Shown: positions 19,201 to 27,091, numbered from the stretch's first letter. The stretch: 64,000 nucleotides of DNA from Bryobacterales bacterium (GCA_963814795.1 CAWFEK010000013.1:4094-68093); one strand, 5' to 3'. The notes: a model not told the origin generated them from the sequence alone. Numbers and translations: made by a program.

Positions 19201-19610
19201 CGGTCACCAACACCGCGCCTGGAATTTTCTCGGCCAATCAAACCGGCATCGGCCAGGGAGCCATTCTGAATTCAAACGAAAGTGCGAACAATGTAGGCAA
19301 TCCTGCCCCCAGAGGCAGCACTGTGTCCATTTACGCCACCGGCGAGGGAGTGCTGGTACCGCCGGCCGCAACCGGTTCCATGTCCGGTCCATCGCTGCCG
19401 CTTCCGGTACCGGCGGCCAATGTCTCAGTGACCATCGGTGGCCAGAACGCCACCATTTCGTATGCGGGTGAAGCACCCACCCTGGTCTCCGGCGTCCTGC
19501 AAGTGAACGTGGCCATCCCGGCCGATATCAATCCGGGAAATCAGCCAGTTGTTCTCACCATCGGAAACAACAGCACCAAGCTGCAGGCCATCACCGTAGC
19601 CGTGCAATAA
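16245..19610 (+). CDS. Large secreted protein with at least eight Ig/BACON-like repeats plus a 'Soli_cterm'-type domain
   Basis: Recurring about 100-aa units carry W-L-x-V-x-P-x-S-G-x-T-P ... V-S-V-N, e.g. NSWLQVTPTSGTTPLQVTVSVNPAL and GNWLSVNPTSGNISGGLEVSVNPSAL. Tail: LVSIFGSNLG...FNGVAAPLIYVGPTQINAIVPY...YAGEAPTLVSGVLQVNVAIP. Confidence 0.8.
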   Translation: MEDLVQNAQKSFVCLGSLLGALLCFSDTAIAQNGTLTLAASPTQLTFSAQTSTITPQSILITSSAGATSVTVSASSANSWLQVTPTSGTTPLQVTVSVNPALSALATDDGFINIAATGASVSVRVELDTLPGTSPLSANPNSLSFQFPVNSTVPVSKSVTLSTATASLTSFTATPRTADGGNWLSVNPTSGNISGGLEVSVNPSALPATPGPFSGAIAINAPGTNGISIPVLVTVAGTPAIQLGATQLAFAWQTGTNAPAAQSFAITSSTGANVAFTAFSKTASCGSWLVISPDSGATPSNITASVNTAGLTTTTTTEPCAGEIDITAAGASNPLVVLPVTLLVSANPLLLVPATGPAFTYQLATSAQPATQNVQITSSGTPLTFTVTTAPTTTGGVDFVTVTPTTGTTPQSLAISVNSTVLATLAPGSYSDTVTLTSADAGNSPQSFVVTLTVNSNPLLTATAQSLTFNYEIGKTAPTNQTFNVMSTASPLNFQVAVDTSNCSGFLSATAISGATGLTYQDQSQVVASVDVTGLKTAQVCNGHITLSVPNSSTPALSIPVTLNVSDKALLDVSSNYIYITALAGANPSSQTVSVTSTDSTVLSFTAIAATNPVGLTWLSVAPNGGNTPNTLLIGINPANLGVGGYDGTVTVTSDGLPAEVIHVHLQVVASNVSATPPNVSLSQSVGGTAATQTIQINGVPAGTTIGTLTTTFPSGGTWLQASASGNTVTVTAGGPTLFPNSYSGVVTVIVPGAGASPLYIPVNLAVTAANTLAVSVGTVSFGYQIGSNVLQGPALVQVTASGGSVPITATYTPTTGGNFVTVTPASGNTPVTLSIALNTAILNTLGAGNYTGNVVVTSPNIPGGSTQMIKVNLMITGPSAPAITSLVNAASFLSGAVSPGELVSIFGSNLGPSTGINFTPTNNTVGTTLGDTTVTFNGVAAPLIYVGPTQINAIVPYEIGNVPLGESINVTVNHGGIISATFMVTVTNTAPGIFSANQTGIGQGAILNSNESANNVGNPAPRGSTVSIYATGEGVLVPPAATGSMSGPSLPLPVPAANVSVTIGGQNATISYAGEAPTLVSGVLQVNVAIPADINPGNQPVVLTIGNNSTKLQAITVAVQ

Positions 19611-19612
19611 AA

Positions 19613-19640
19613 GTGGGGCAGGCGCTTCCGCCTGCCAACC
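19613..19640 (+). repeat. REP1 hairpin (second copy at 20076..20103 within the duplication)
   Basis: Exact GTGGGGCAGGCGCTTCCGCCTGCCAACC. Confidence 0.9.
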
Positions 19641-19653
19641 GCCCATTCAAAAA

Positions 19654-19753
19654 ATTCGGGGACATGACGGGCAAGCGGCAAAAAAATTCGGGGACATGAC
19701 GGGCAAGCGTCCGGCCCACTTCAAGCTTTACCCCGCCGAGTCGTGTCCCCGAG
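19654..19753. terminator. Family-3 element with a duplicated left arm (repeated at about 20116..20215)
   Basis: TTCGGGGACATGACGGGCAAGCG occurs twice, then GCCGAGTCGTGTCCCCGAGTTT. It lies between convergent genes and has T/A runs on both sides. Confidence 0.45.
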
Positions 19754-20225
19754 TTTGTTCTCCCTACTCATACCGCAGCGCGTTCATCGGATCAATCCCG
19801 GTAGCGCGCCGCGCGGGCAAATAACCAGCCAACACCGTCACCGCAACGATGACCCCTACCGCCGCCAGCATCACCACCGGATCATTCGCCTTGACCCCGA
19901 ACAACTGGCTTTCCACCAACTTCCCAGCGGGTGAAGCACCCACCCTGGTCTCCGGCGTCCTGCAAGTGAACGTGGCCATCCCGGCCGATATCAATCCGGG
20001 AAATCAGCCAGTGGTTCTCACCATCGGAAACAACAGCACCAAGCTGCAGGCCATCACCGTAGCCGTGCAATAAAAGTGGGGCAGGCGCTTCCGCCTGCCA
20101 ACCGCCCATTCAAAAATTCGGGGACATGGCGGGCAAGCGGCAAAAAAATTCGGGGACATGACGGGCAAGCGTCCGGCCCACTTCAAGCTTTACCCCGCCG
20201 AGTCGTGTCCCCGAGTTTGTTCTCC

Positions 20226-22715
20226 CTACTCATACCGCAGCGCGTTCATCGGATCAATCCCGGTAGCGCGCCGCGCGGGCAAATAACCAGCCAACACCGT
20301 CACCGCAACGATGACCCCTACCGCCGCCAGCATCACCACCGGATCATTCGCCTTGACCCCGAACAACTGGCTTTCCACCAACTTCCCCAGCGCCAACGCC
20401 GCCACCACCCCCGCCACCACGCCCGCACCCACCAGCACAACTACCTCGCGCAGAATCAGCCGCAGTACATTCGCGCGTGAGGCGCCCAGCGCGATACGAA
20501 TTCCGATCTCCTGCGTCCGCCGCGCTACCGCATAAGCGGTAACTCCGTACAACCCCACCGACGCCAGCAGCGTAGCCAGCACTCCAAAAGCAATGGAGAG
20601 CCACGCGAACAGGCGATCCAGAAAATGTGTCTCTTTGACCTGTGCCTCCACCGTCTTTACGTTGAACACCGGCAGCGAAGCGTCCACACCGGCCACGCTT
20701 TGCCGCGCCGCCTGCGCCACCGACAGCGGATCCTGACTGGTCCGCAAATAGTAAGTCACCTCCGCGGGCGCGTCGTCCTGTAACGCCGGCGTGAATGTCC
20801 ACGGCTTCGCCTTTTCCCGCAGGTCGCCGCCCTTCATGTCCCGCGCCACGCCCACGATCTCCATATCCAGCGGCCCACTCTCGCCCCATCCAATGCGATG
20901 CCCCAGTGGACTCTCGTGTGGATAAAACCGCTTTACGAAGGTCTCGTTCACAATCACAACTTTCGGCGCCCCAGCCGTGTCCCGCTCCGTGAAATCGCGC
21001 CCCGCGATCACGCGAGCGCCGGTGGTCTGAAAAAATCCCGGCAGCACTTCATTGAACCCGGGATTCATATCTTCGCCCTCGTGCGCATGATATCCATCCA
21101 TGTGCACCGTATTCTGCCAGTTCACATTCGCCAGTACCGGATACGCCGCGCCGCTGGCGGCTTCCACTCCCGGCAGCCTCTTCAGCTTGTCTTCCAGCTC
21201 GATAAAAAGATGCCTGGCCCGCTCCGGAGTGTAGCGATGCAGCGATGGATCAATCGTCAGCGCCAGCAATCGCGTGGTCTCGATCCCCGAATTGATGGTC
21301 AGCAGCGTATACAAACTCCGCGCAAACAACCCCGCGCCCACCAGCAACAGCAGCGACAATCCCACCTGCGCCGACACCAGCAGCTTTCGCAGCCTGGTCT
21401 GCCCGCCTCCGGACGAATGCTTGCCGGATTCGCTCTTCAACGTCGCGGCTAAATCCGGACGCGTCCCCTGCAGCGCCGGCGCCGATCCAAAAAGAATCGC
21501 GGCCAGTAAACTCACGCCCGCCGTGAAAGCGAAGATGCGGACGTCCGGCGTGGTGTGCAGCGCCGCCCCGATATTCTCGTACGGCAAAATCCCAACCAGC
21601 AGCGATGCCATCCACATCGCGATCAAAACGCCGAGCAGTCCGCCCGCCATGGCTACCAGCAAACTCTCCGTCATCACCAGCCGCACCAGCGAGCCCCGCG
21701 TCGCCCCCAGCGACAACCGTATCGCGATCTCTTTTTGCCTCGCCGCCGCGCGCGTAATCAGCAAATTTGCAATGTTCACGCAAGCGATCAGCAGCAGCGT
21801 CCCCACCATGGCCAGCAAAACGTAAAGCGGCTTTCCAAACATTTGCTGGAATCCCCCGAAGCCTTTCGATGCGTCCGTGAACTGCAGCTTGTTCGCCAGG
21901 TATTTGCTCCGAAATGCTTCCGGTTTCCCAATCGTCTTCAGATCGTTCTCGAGAACATTGCGATACGCAATCGCCATCGCGCTCGCGGCCGCCCGCGGGT
22001 CCTCGCCGGGCTTCAGCCGCGCGAAAACCCTCAGCCAGATGCTGTTGCGCCGCGCCCGATCGTCCCAGGTAGGCGTCACCACCGTCTTCATCGCCAGCGG
22101 AACAAAAACGTCCGCCGGACTCATCGGCGCAAAGCTAGAAAAGCCCCGCTGTGCCACGCCGATTATGGTCATGGGATGTCCATTGACCTCAATGGCCCGG
22201 CCCAGAACCTCAGCATCCCCGCCAAAGCGCCGCTGCCAGTATTCATAACTGATCACCACGTACGGCTCACCGTCTTTGATCCGATCGTCCGCCGCCGCAA
22301 GCGTTCTGCCCATCGCCGGTTGCACGCCCAGCACATCGAAATAGTTACCCGAAACCAGCTCCGCCACGCCGCGTTGCACCACGCCTTTATCAGCGATGTC
22401 CACCGAGTCCTGATAGCGCGCCGCAATCCCGCTGAACACTCCCGGATTGCCATCGCGCAGCTCCACGTATGCTGGATAAGAAAACGAATCCTCGTACCCG
22501 CGCGTCGACCCTCCAATGAACCGCCCGGCCCACTGAAACAGCACCAGCCGCCGCGGCTCCTTCACCGGCAGCGTCCTCAGCAGGATCTGGTCCGTCAACG
22601 TAAAAATCGCCGTGTTCGCCCCAATCCCCAGCGCCAAAGAAACCACCGCCGCCGCAACCAGCGACGGATTCCGCCCCAGGCTCCGCAATACAAATTTAAT
22701 GGTCCGCATCGTCAT
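20226..22715 (-). CDS. ADOP-type duplicated FtsX/MacB-like permease (copy 1)
   Basis: N-terminus RSLGRNPSLVAAAVVSLALGIGANTAIF, two periplasmic-domain plus FtsX-type 4-TM halves, and C-terminal RATGIDPMNALRYE. Confidence 0.9.
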   Translation of the reverse strand: MTMRTIKFVLRSLGRNPSLVAAAVVSLALGIGANTAIFTLTDQILLRTLPVKEPRRLVLFQWAGRFIGGSTRGYEDSFSYPAYVELRDGNPGVFSGIAARYQDSVDIADKGVVQRGVAELVSGNYFDVLGVQPAMGRTLAAADDRIKDGEPYVVISYEYWQRRFGGDAEVLGRAIEVNGHPMTIIGVAQRGFSSFAPMSPADVFVPLAMKTVVTPTWDDRARRNSIWLRVFARLKPGEDPRAAASAMAIAYRNVLENDLKTIGKPEAFRSKYLANKLQFTDASKGFGGFQQMFGKPLYVLLAMVGTLLLIACVNIANLLITRAAARQKEIAIRLSLGATRGSLVRLVMTESLLVAMAGGLLGVLIAMWMASLLVGILPYENIGAALHTTPDVRIFAFTAGVSLLAAILFGSAPALQGTRPDLAATLKSESGKHSSGGGQTRLRKLLVSAQVGLSLLLLVGAGLFARSLYTLLTINSGIETTRLLALTIDPSLHRYTPERARHLFIELEDKLKRLPGVEAASGAAYPVLANVNWQNTVHMDGYHAHEGEDMNPGFNEVLPGFFQTTGARVIAGRDFTERDTAGAPKVVIVNETFVKRFYPHESPLGHRIGWGESGPLDMEIVGVARDMKGGDLREKAKPWTFTPALQDDAPAEVTYYLRTSQDPLSVAQAARQSVAGVDASLPVFNVKTVEAQVKETHFLDRLFAWLSIAFGVLATLLASVGLYGVTAYAVARRTQEIGIRIALGASRANVLRLILREVVVLVGAGVVAGVVAALALGKLVESQLFGVKANDPVVMLAAVGVIVAVTVLAGYLPARRATGIDPMNALRYE

Positions 22716-22761
22716 CTATAGACGCACGAACTACTGTACAGTGAGGGTGAGGTTCACGATA

Positions 22762-22974
22762 ATGAGGCGAACCATACAAGTACGGTTCTTTCGGGGCGAA
22801 AAGAAGTATGTGGCCGAGTGCCTGGACCTTCCCGTGGTCACCGAGGCCGACACCCTGGACGAATTGGCATCGAACATGCGCGAAGCGCTCGCGCTTCACT
22901 TAGAACGCGAAGACCTCGCGGAATTGGGCTTTAGCCTCAATAGGTTAAGCTCCGCCGTTTCAGAGCTGCCTTGA
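22762..22974 (+). CDS. HicB-like (DUF1902-type) antitoxin-domain protein with no DNA-binding domain and no adjacent HicA
   Basis: KYVAECLDLPVVTEADTLDELASNMREALALHLE matches the HicB N-terminal domain pattern from memory. An in-frame GTG at 22741 is an alternative start. Confidence 0.55.
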   Translation: MRRTIQVRFFRGEKKYVAECLDLPVVTEADTLDELASNMREALALHLEREDLAELGFSLNRLSSAVSELP

Positions 22975-22991
22975 ACTTTCCTATACTGAGT

Positions 22992-24131
22992 ATGCAAATG
23001 GAGACCCGCTCTCTCATCAGACGCGTAGTGCTGGAGAACTATAAGAGCATTGCATTCTGCGATGTCAAGCTTGGACCATTATCGATTCTCGTAGGGCCGA
23101 ACGGGGCAGGCAAGAGCAATTTCCTAGATGCACTGCGTTTCCTGTCTGAGCTGATGAACGGTCCCGTCGAGACCGCGTTCCAGCACCGCGAAGGATTCTC
23201 CAACGTCCTCCGACGAGGTGCCGGCCCCGGAGGTCAGTTAGGGATACGAATCGAATTTGTCACATCCGAAGGGGCCGCAGGATTATATTCGGTTCGATTT
23301 TCGCCAGGGGATGTAAAGGACTACGTCGTCGAGCGCCAGAAGTGCAAGGTCGGCGGCGTGGGCTTCGACAGCACAGCTGACCGAGTCGGCGGGTCGGACA
23401 TGTCGCAAAATCCGAAGCTCGCATCCACGTGGCGATTACTTAGCGACTGCCGCTTCTATAACTTTGTCTCTGAGAGGCTTCGCCCGCCAGTTCCTTCGAG
23501 CCGAGAGCGCGTGCTTTTCGGCGACGGTGCAAATCTTGCAAACGTTGTGCACCACATCTCCCGAATGCACCCTGCAGAGTTTGAACGAATAGCTCAGTAC
23601 CTCCAGGCAATCTATCCGGCCCTCCTAGCGGTCGAGTCGACAGAAGCCGGAAGCCATCGCTTCCTTAAATTCCGCGAGAGCAAGGGGATTTTCGACCCGT
23701 TACAGATGTCTGAGGGCACTCTGCGGTCCCTAGCCGTACTAGTTGCTCTGTTCCAGCGAGTGGCCGGCGCGGAGAACGTCTCCTTAGTCGGACTGGAAGA
23801 ACCCGAGACTGCCTTACATCCGGCCGCCGCGGGTGTGCTCTTCGACGCCATGCGGGAGGCCAGCGCCAGCGTCCAGGTCGTCGCAACTACCCACAGCGCC
23901 GATCTGCTGGACAAAAAAGAAATCGATACCAACGCGATCCTTTCGGTAGAACTTATGGACGGTACTACCCGCATCGGCCATCTGGATCAGACTGGTCGGC
24001 AAGCCTTGAGGCAGGAGCTATACACCCCGGGCGAACTGCTGCGAATGAACTACCTCCGGCCGGAGCCCTCCAAAATTCCAAGTGATTCCGAGATTGAGTC
24101 CGTATTGTTCGAGGGCCTGGTCCCCGCCTGA
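22992..24131 (+). CDS. SMC/ABC-type ATPase (AAA_15/AAA_21-like; PtuA/AriA/OLD-ATPase-like)
   Basis: Walker A GPNGAGKSN (about 23094), MSEGTLRSLAVL signature-like motif (about 23706), Walker B SLVGLEEPETALHP (about 23781) and VVATTHS H-loop. The ORF opens at TTG 22971, with ATGs at 22992 and 22998. Confidence 0.8.
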   Translation: MQMETRSLIRRVVLENYKSIAFCDVKLGPLSILVGPNGAGKSNFLDALRFLSELMNGPVETAFQHREGFSNVLRRGAGPGGQLGIRIEFVTSEGAAGLYSVRFSPGDVKDYVVERQKCKVGGVGFDSTADRVGGSDMSQNPKLASTWRLLSDCRFYNFVSERLRPPVPSSRERVLFGDGANLANVVHHISRMHPAEFERIAQYLQAIYPALLAVESTEAGSHRFLKFRESKGIFDPLQMSEGTLRSLAVLVALFQRVAGAENVSLVGLEEPETALHPAAAGVLFDAMREASASVQVVATTHSADLLDKKEIDTNAILSVELMDGTTRIGHLDQTGRQALRQELYTPGELLRMNYLRPEPSKIPSDSEIESVLFEGLVPA

Positions 24132-24736
24132 TGCCCTTCCGGATCGTGCCGATTGTGGAAGGCCACGGGGAAGTGGAAGCATTGCCCATTCTGTTCAGCC
24201 GGCTCATCGCTGAAGTTGATCTTGGAGTCCAAATTAAAGTAGCCCGGCCGATAAGGCAGCAAAAGGGCAGTCTCATCAAGGAGGGCGGAATTGAGAGGGC
24301 CGTCCAACTCGCCGCGATCCAAATCGAAGGAAATGGCGCCATTTTTGTCCTCATTGACAGCGACGGGGACTGTCCTTGCATTCGTGGACGGGAACTTTTA
24401 GCACGTGCTAAGAAGGCCCGTGCCGATATGAGAATTTGCTTGGTCCTGGCGCATCACGAATACGAGGCCTGGTTTCTAGCTTCAGCCTCCAGCCTTAAGG
24501 GATGTCGCCGATTGAGCGACGAAATCCAGGACCATCCCGCGCCTGAATCGGTGCAAAACTGCAAGGGCTGGCTGGAGGAGTCGATGCCACGCACATCAAA
24601 GTATTCAGAAACCGCCGATCAGGCGGCCTTGACAGCGGTATTCGACATCAACCTAGCTCTGCGTGCGCCATCATTCGAAAAATTCTATCGAGACTTTAAA
24701 GGGGTGTGCCAGGAAGCCAAATTGGCCCAGCCTTAG
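24131..24736 (+). CDS. Toprim-like small protein (DUF4276-type)
   Basis: IVPIVEGHGEVEAL (Glu10/Glu14), FVLIDSDGD (Asp76/78/80) and HHEYEAWFLAS give the Glu plus DxD order of Toprim. Its ATG overlaps the ATPase TGA (TGATG). Family assignment is from memory of the DUF4276 consensus. Confidence 0.6.
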   Translation: MPFRIVPIVEGHGEVEALPILFSRLIAEVDLGVQIKVARPIRQQKGSLIKEGGIERAVQLAAIQIEGNGAIFVLIDSDGDCPCIRGRELLARAKKARADMRICLVLAHHEYEAWFLASASSLKGCRRLSDEIQDHPAPESVQNCKGWLEESMPRTSKYSETADQAALTAVFDINLALRAPSFEKFYRDFKGVCQEAKLAQP

Positions 24737-25608
24737 CCTCCCCTCACCAACTCCAAAAACGCCTTCGCCGCATGACTCAAACTTCGCCGCGCCGGACTCA
24801 CCAGATGGATCTTCCGCTCCACGCTCAGCTCCTCCACCCCCACCTCCCGCAGCGTGTCCTGCTTCAACTCCTGCTCCACGCACATCCGCGGCAGGAACGC
24901 CACCCCTTCATTCCGCTGCACCATCTTCCGGATCGTCTCCACCGTCGGCATCTCCACGTCCATGTTCAACGCAACCTTATAACGTTGAAATTCTTTCAAC
25001 ACCACCGCCCGGTAAGGCGACAAAACATTGTGAGCGATAAATGTCTCCATCCCCAGTTCGCTGATGGAAACCTTCCCCCGACTGGCGAACCGGTGCTCGG
25101 GCGAAACCACGAACGCCAGGTGATCGGTGAACAATATCATTGACACCAGCCGGTCATCCTCCGGATCGTAGCTGATCACTCCCAGTTCCAGATCGCCGTC
25201 AATCAGCTGCGATGGAATCTTGCTCGAAAGCGAACGCCGCACCTGCACCTTCACTTTGGGATACAACCGCCGATACCGCTCAATGTGCCCCAACAAATAC
25301 AGCGACGTCGATTCGTTCGCCCCCACCGTCAGCCTCCCGGCCGAGTTATCGCGCAATTCCGCCAGCGCAACCTCCAGGTCACCCTCCAGATTCTCGAATC
25401 GCCGCGCGTATTCGTAAACAATCCGTCCCGCATCGGTCAAAAGCAGCTCCTTGCCCGACCGGTCAATCAGCCGCTCTTGCAAATCCGATTCCAGCTTCTG
25501 AACCGCCAGCGACACCGCCGGCTGTGTGCGCAACAGCTTTTCCCCGGCCCGTGAGAAGCTTTTCTCGTTAGCAACCGTCAGGAAGACCTTTAGCGGATAC
25601 AGTTCCAT
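24733..25608 (-). CDS. LysR-family transcriptional regulator
   Basis: N-terminal wHTH MELYPLKVFLTVANEKSFSRAGEKLLRTQPAVSLAVQKLE plus a substrate-binding domain. It is divergent from leuA. Confidence 0.9.
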   Translation of the reverse strand: MELYPLKVFLTVANEKSFSRAGEKLLRTQPAVSLAVQKLESDLQERLIDRSGKELLLTDAGRIVYEYARRFENLEGDLEVALAELRDNSAGRLTVGANESTSLYLLGHIERYRRLYPKVKVQVRRSLSSKIPSQLIDGDLELGVISYDPEDDRLVSMILFTDHLAFVVSPEHRFASRGKVSISELGMETFIAHNVLSPYRAVVLKEFQRYKVALNMDVEMPTVETIRKMVQRNEGVAFLPRMCVEQELKQDTLREVGVEELSVERKIHLVSPARRSLSHAAKAFLELVRGG

Positions 25609-25713
25609 AAGCGAAGTTTATCTCATCATAATATTTAATTCAACAAGCACGCATTATAAATTTGCCAAATCATCCGGCGCCGTCCATAATTGAGTCAAGA
25701 CTTGGAGGACCCT
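25609..25713. promoter_or_regulatory. AT-rich divergent lysR/leuA control region
   Basis: Markedly AT-rich (TTATCTCATCATAATATTTAATTCAACAAGCACGCATTATAAATTT) with an ATAAT...ATTAT dyad. GGAGGA lies 5 nt before ATG 25714. No promoter was experimentally defined. Confidence 0.35.
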
Positions 25714-26890
25714 ATGCCGAATCGCGTCTACCTCTTCGACACCACCCTCCGGGATGGAGAACAATCCCCCGGTTGCAGCATGACCGTGCCCGAAAAGCTT
25801 CGGCTCGCACGCAAACTGGTCGAACTTGGCGTCGACGTTCTGGAAGCCGGCTTCCCCATCGCTTCCGACGGCGATTTCGAAGCAGTGGACGCCGTCAGCC
25901 GCGAATTCCCGTGGGCCCAGGTAGCCGCCCTCGCGCGAGCCAACACGCCGGATATCGAACGCGCCGCCGCCGCTCTGAAACATGCCAAGCGCCCGCGCAT
26001 TCACACCTTCATCGCTACCAGCGACATTCATCTCAAATACAAATTGAAGAAATCGCGCCAGCAGGTCTTGGATGAAGCCGTCGCCGCCGTCGAGCTTGCG
26101 CGCGAGCATACTGACGACGTCGAGTTTTCCGCCGAAGACGCCACCCGTACTGACTGGGATTATCTCGAACAAATCTGCCACGCCGTGGTCGCCGCCGGCG
26201 CCCGCACCGTCAACCTTCCGGACACCGTCGGCTACTCCATCCCCGAAGAATATGCCGCGTTGATCGGCCGCATGGTCCGCGCACTCGGGAACAGCGCCAT
26301 CGTCAGCGTCCATTGTCACGATGACCTGGGCCTGGCTGTCGCCAATTCCATCGCCGCCGTCCAAGCCGGCGCCCGCCAGATCGAATGCACTATCAACGGC
26401 ATCGGTGAGCGTGCCGGCAACGCCGCGCTCGAAGAAATCGTGATGGCCTTCAAAACCCGGCCCGACAAGCTGCCCTACGAAACTAAAATCGTCACCGAGC
26501 ACATTTATTCCACCAGCCAGCTTCTCGCGCAAACCATCACTTTCGGACCCCAGCCCAACAAAGCCATCGTCGGCGAGAATGCCTTCGCCCACGAAGCCGG
26601 CATTCATCAGGACGGCTATTTGAAGGAACGCACCACTTACGAAATCATCGAACCAACCTACCGTCGGCGTCCCGGAAAGCAAACTCGTCCTAGGCAAACA
26701 CAGCGGCCGCCACGCTCTGCACCAACGCGCCGAAGTCCTGGGCTTCGAACTCAATAAAGAAGAACTGGACCACCTGTACCATCGCTTCACCGCCATCGCC
26801 GACCGCAAAAAGGGCCTGCGCAACGAAGAAATAATCGCCCTGATCCACGAACTGATAGGCGAAACTTCGAAAGCCGCCGCCAATGACTGA
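25714..26890 (+). pseudogene. leuA: 2-isopropylmalate synthase family, short form; apparent 1-nt insertion near 26653-26663
   Basis: Frame 1 gives [20 protein letters not shown]...[13 protein letters not shown]...[10 protein letters not shown]...TYEIIEP. Frame 2 continues [51 protein letters not shown]...AAND to the stop at 26888-26890. Confidence 0.85.
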
Positions 26891-26904
26891 CCCAGTTGAG
26901 CCAA

Positions 26905-27080
26905 GTGGGGCAGGCGCTTCCGCCTGCCAACCAGAATTCGGCGGAACACTTAGAATTTGGGGGAACGACCAGTGGGGTGAACAATCAGAGCTTGGCGGAA
27001 CATCTAGAATTTGGGGGACATGCCGGGCTGATCTGCACCCACCAGCAACGTCGAAGAGCGCAGACGTGTCCCCCAAATTC
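26905..27080. repeat. Repeat cluster filling the leuA-leuB spacer: REP1 plus a family-3-like element
   Basis: REP1 at 26905-26932. Direct repeats GGCGGAACAYYTAGAATTTGGGGGA at about 26939 and about 26994. Inverted arm GTGTCCCCCAAATTC at about 27066. Confidence 0.8.
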
Positions 27081-27091
27081 TTTCCCACGAC

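Larger units (their letters stand above)
19464..20389. repeat. Tandem direct duplication, 2 x about 463 bp
   Basis: 19464-19926 is repeated at 19927-20389. Offsets are confirmed by the ORF track: stops 19610/20073 are 463 apart and stops 19764/20226 are 462 apart. The copies differ by 2 substitutions and 2 one-nt homopolymer indels. Confidence 0.9.

Noticed and set aside
19764-20073. ORFs 19764..19994 (minus) and 19849..20073 (plus)
   Set aside because: They are chimeras created by the tandem duplication, joining the permease C-terminus or repeat-protein C-terminus to antisense sequence. They are not independent genes.
21555-22721. 388-aa plus-strand ORF opposite ADOP permease copy 1. Similar cases: 47387..48415, 57717..58784, 44335..45294, 41777..42742, 43412..44338, 34898..35860, 62010..62927, 12482..13225.
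   Set aside because: All are antisense shadows of well-supported genes, with Arg/Pro/His-rich composition and no recognisable motifs.
4405-26665. Programmed ribosomal frameshifting as the explanation for the fmt and leuA breaks
   Set aside because: No slippery heptamer or downstream stimulatory structure is visible at either joint. These genes are not known to use recoding, and five unrelated genes show the same kind of lesion.
25654-26949. 431-aa minus-strand ORF opposite leuA
   Set aside because: It is antisense to a gene with LRDGEQ and HxH-type motifs, has Gly/Asp/Val low-complexity composition, and its N-terminus is read from REP1 sequence.
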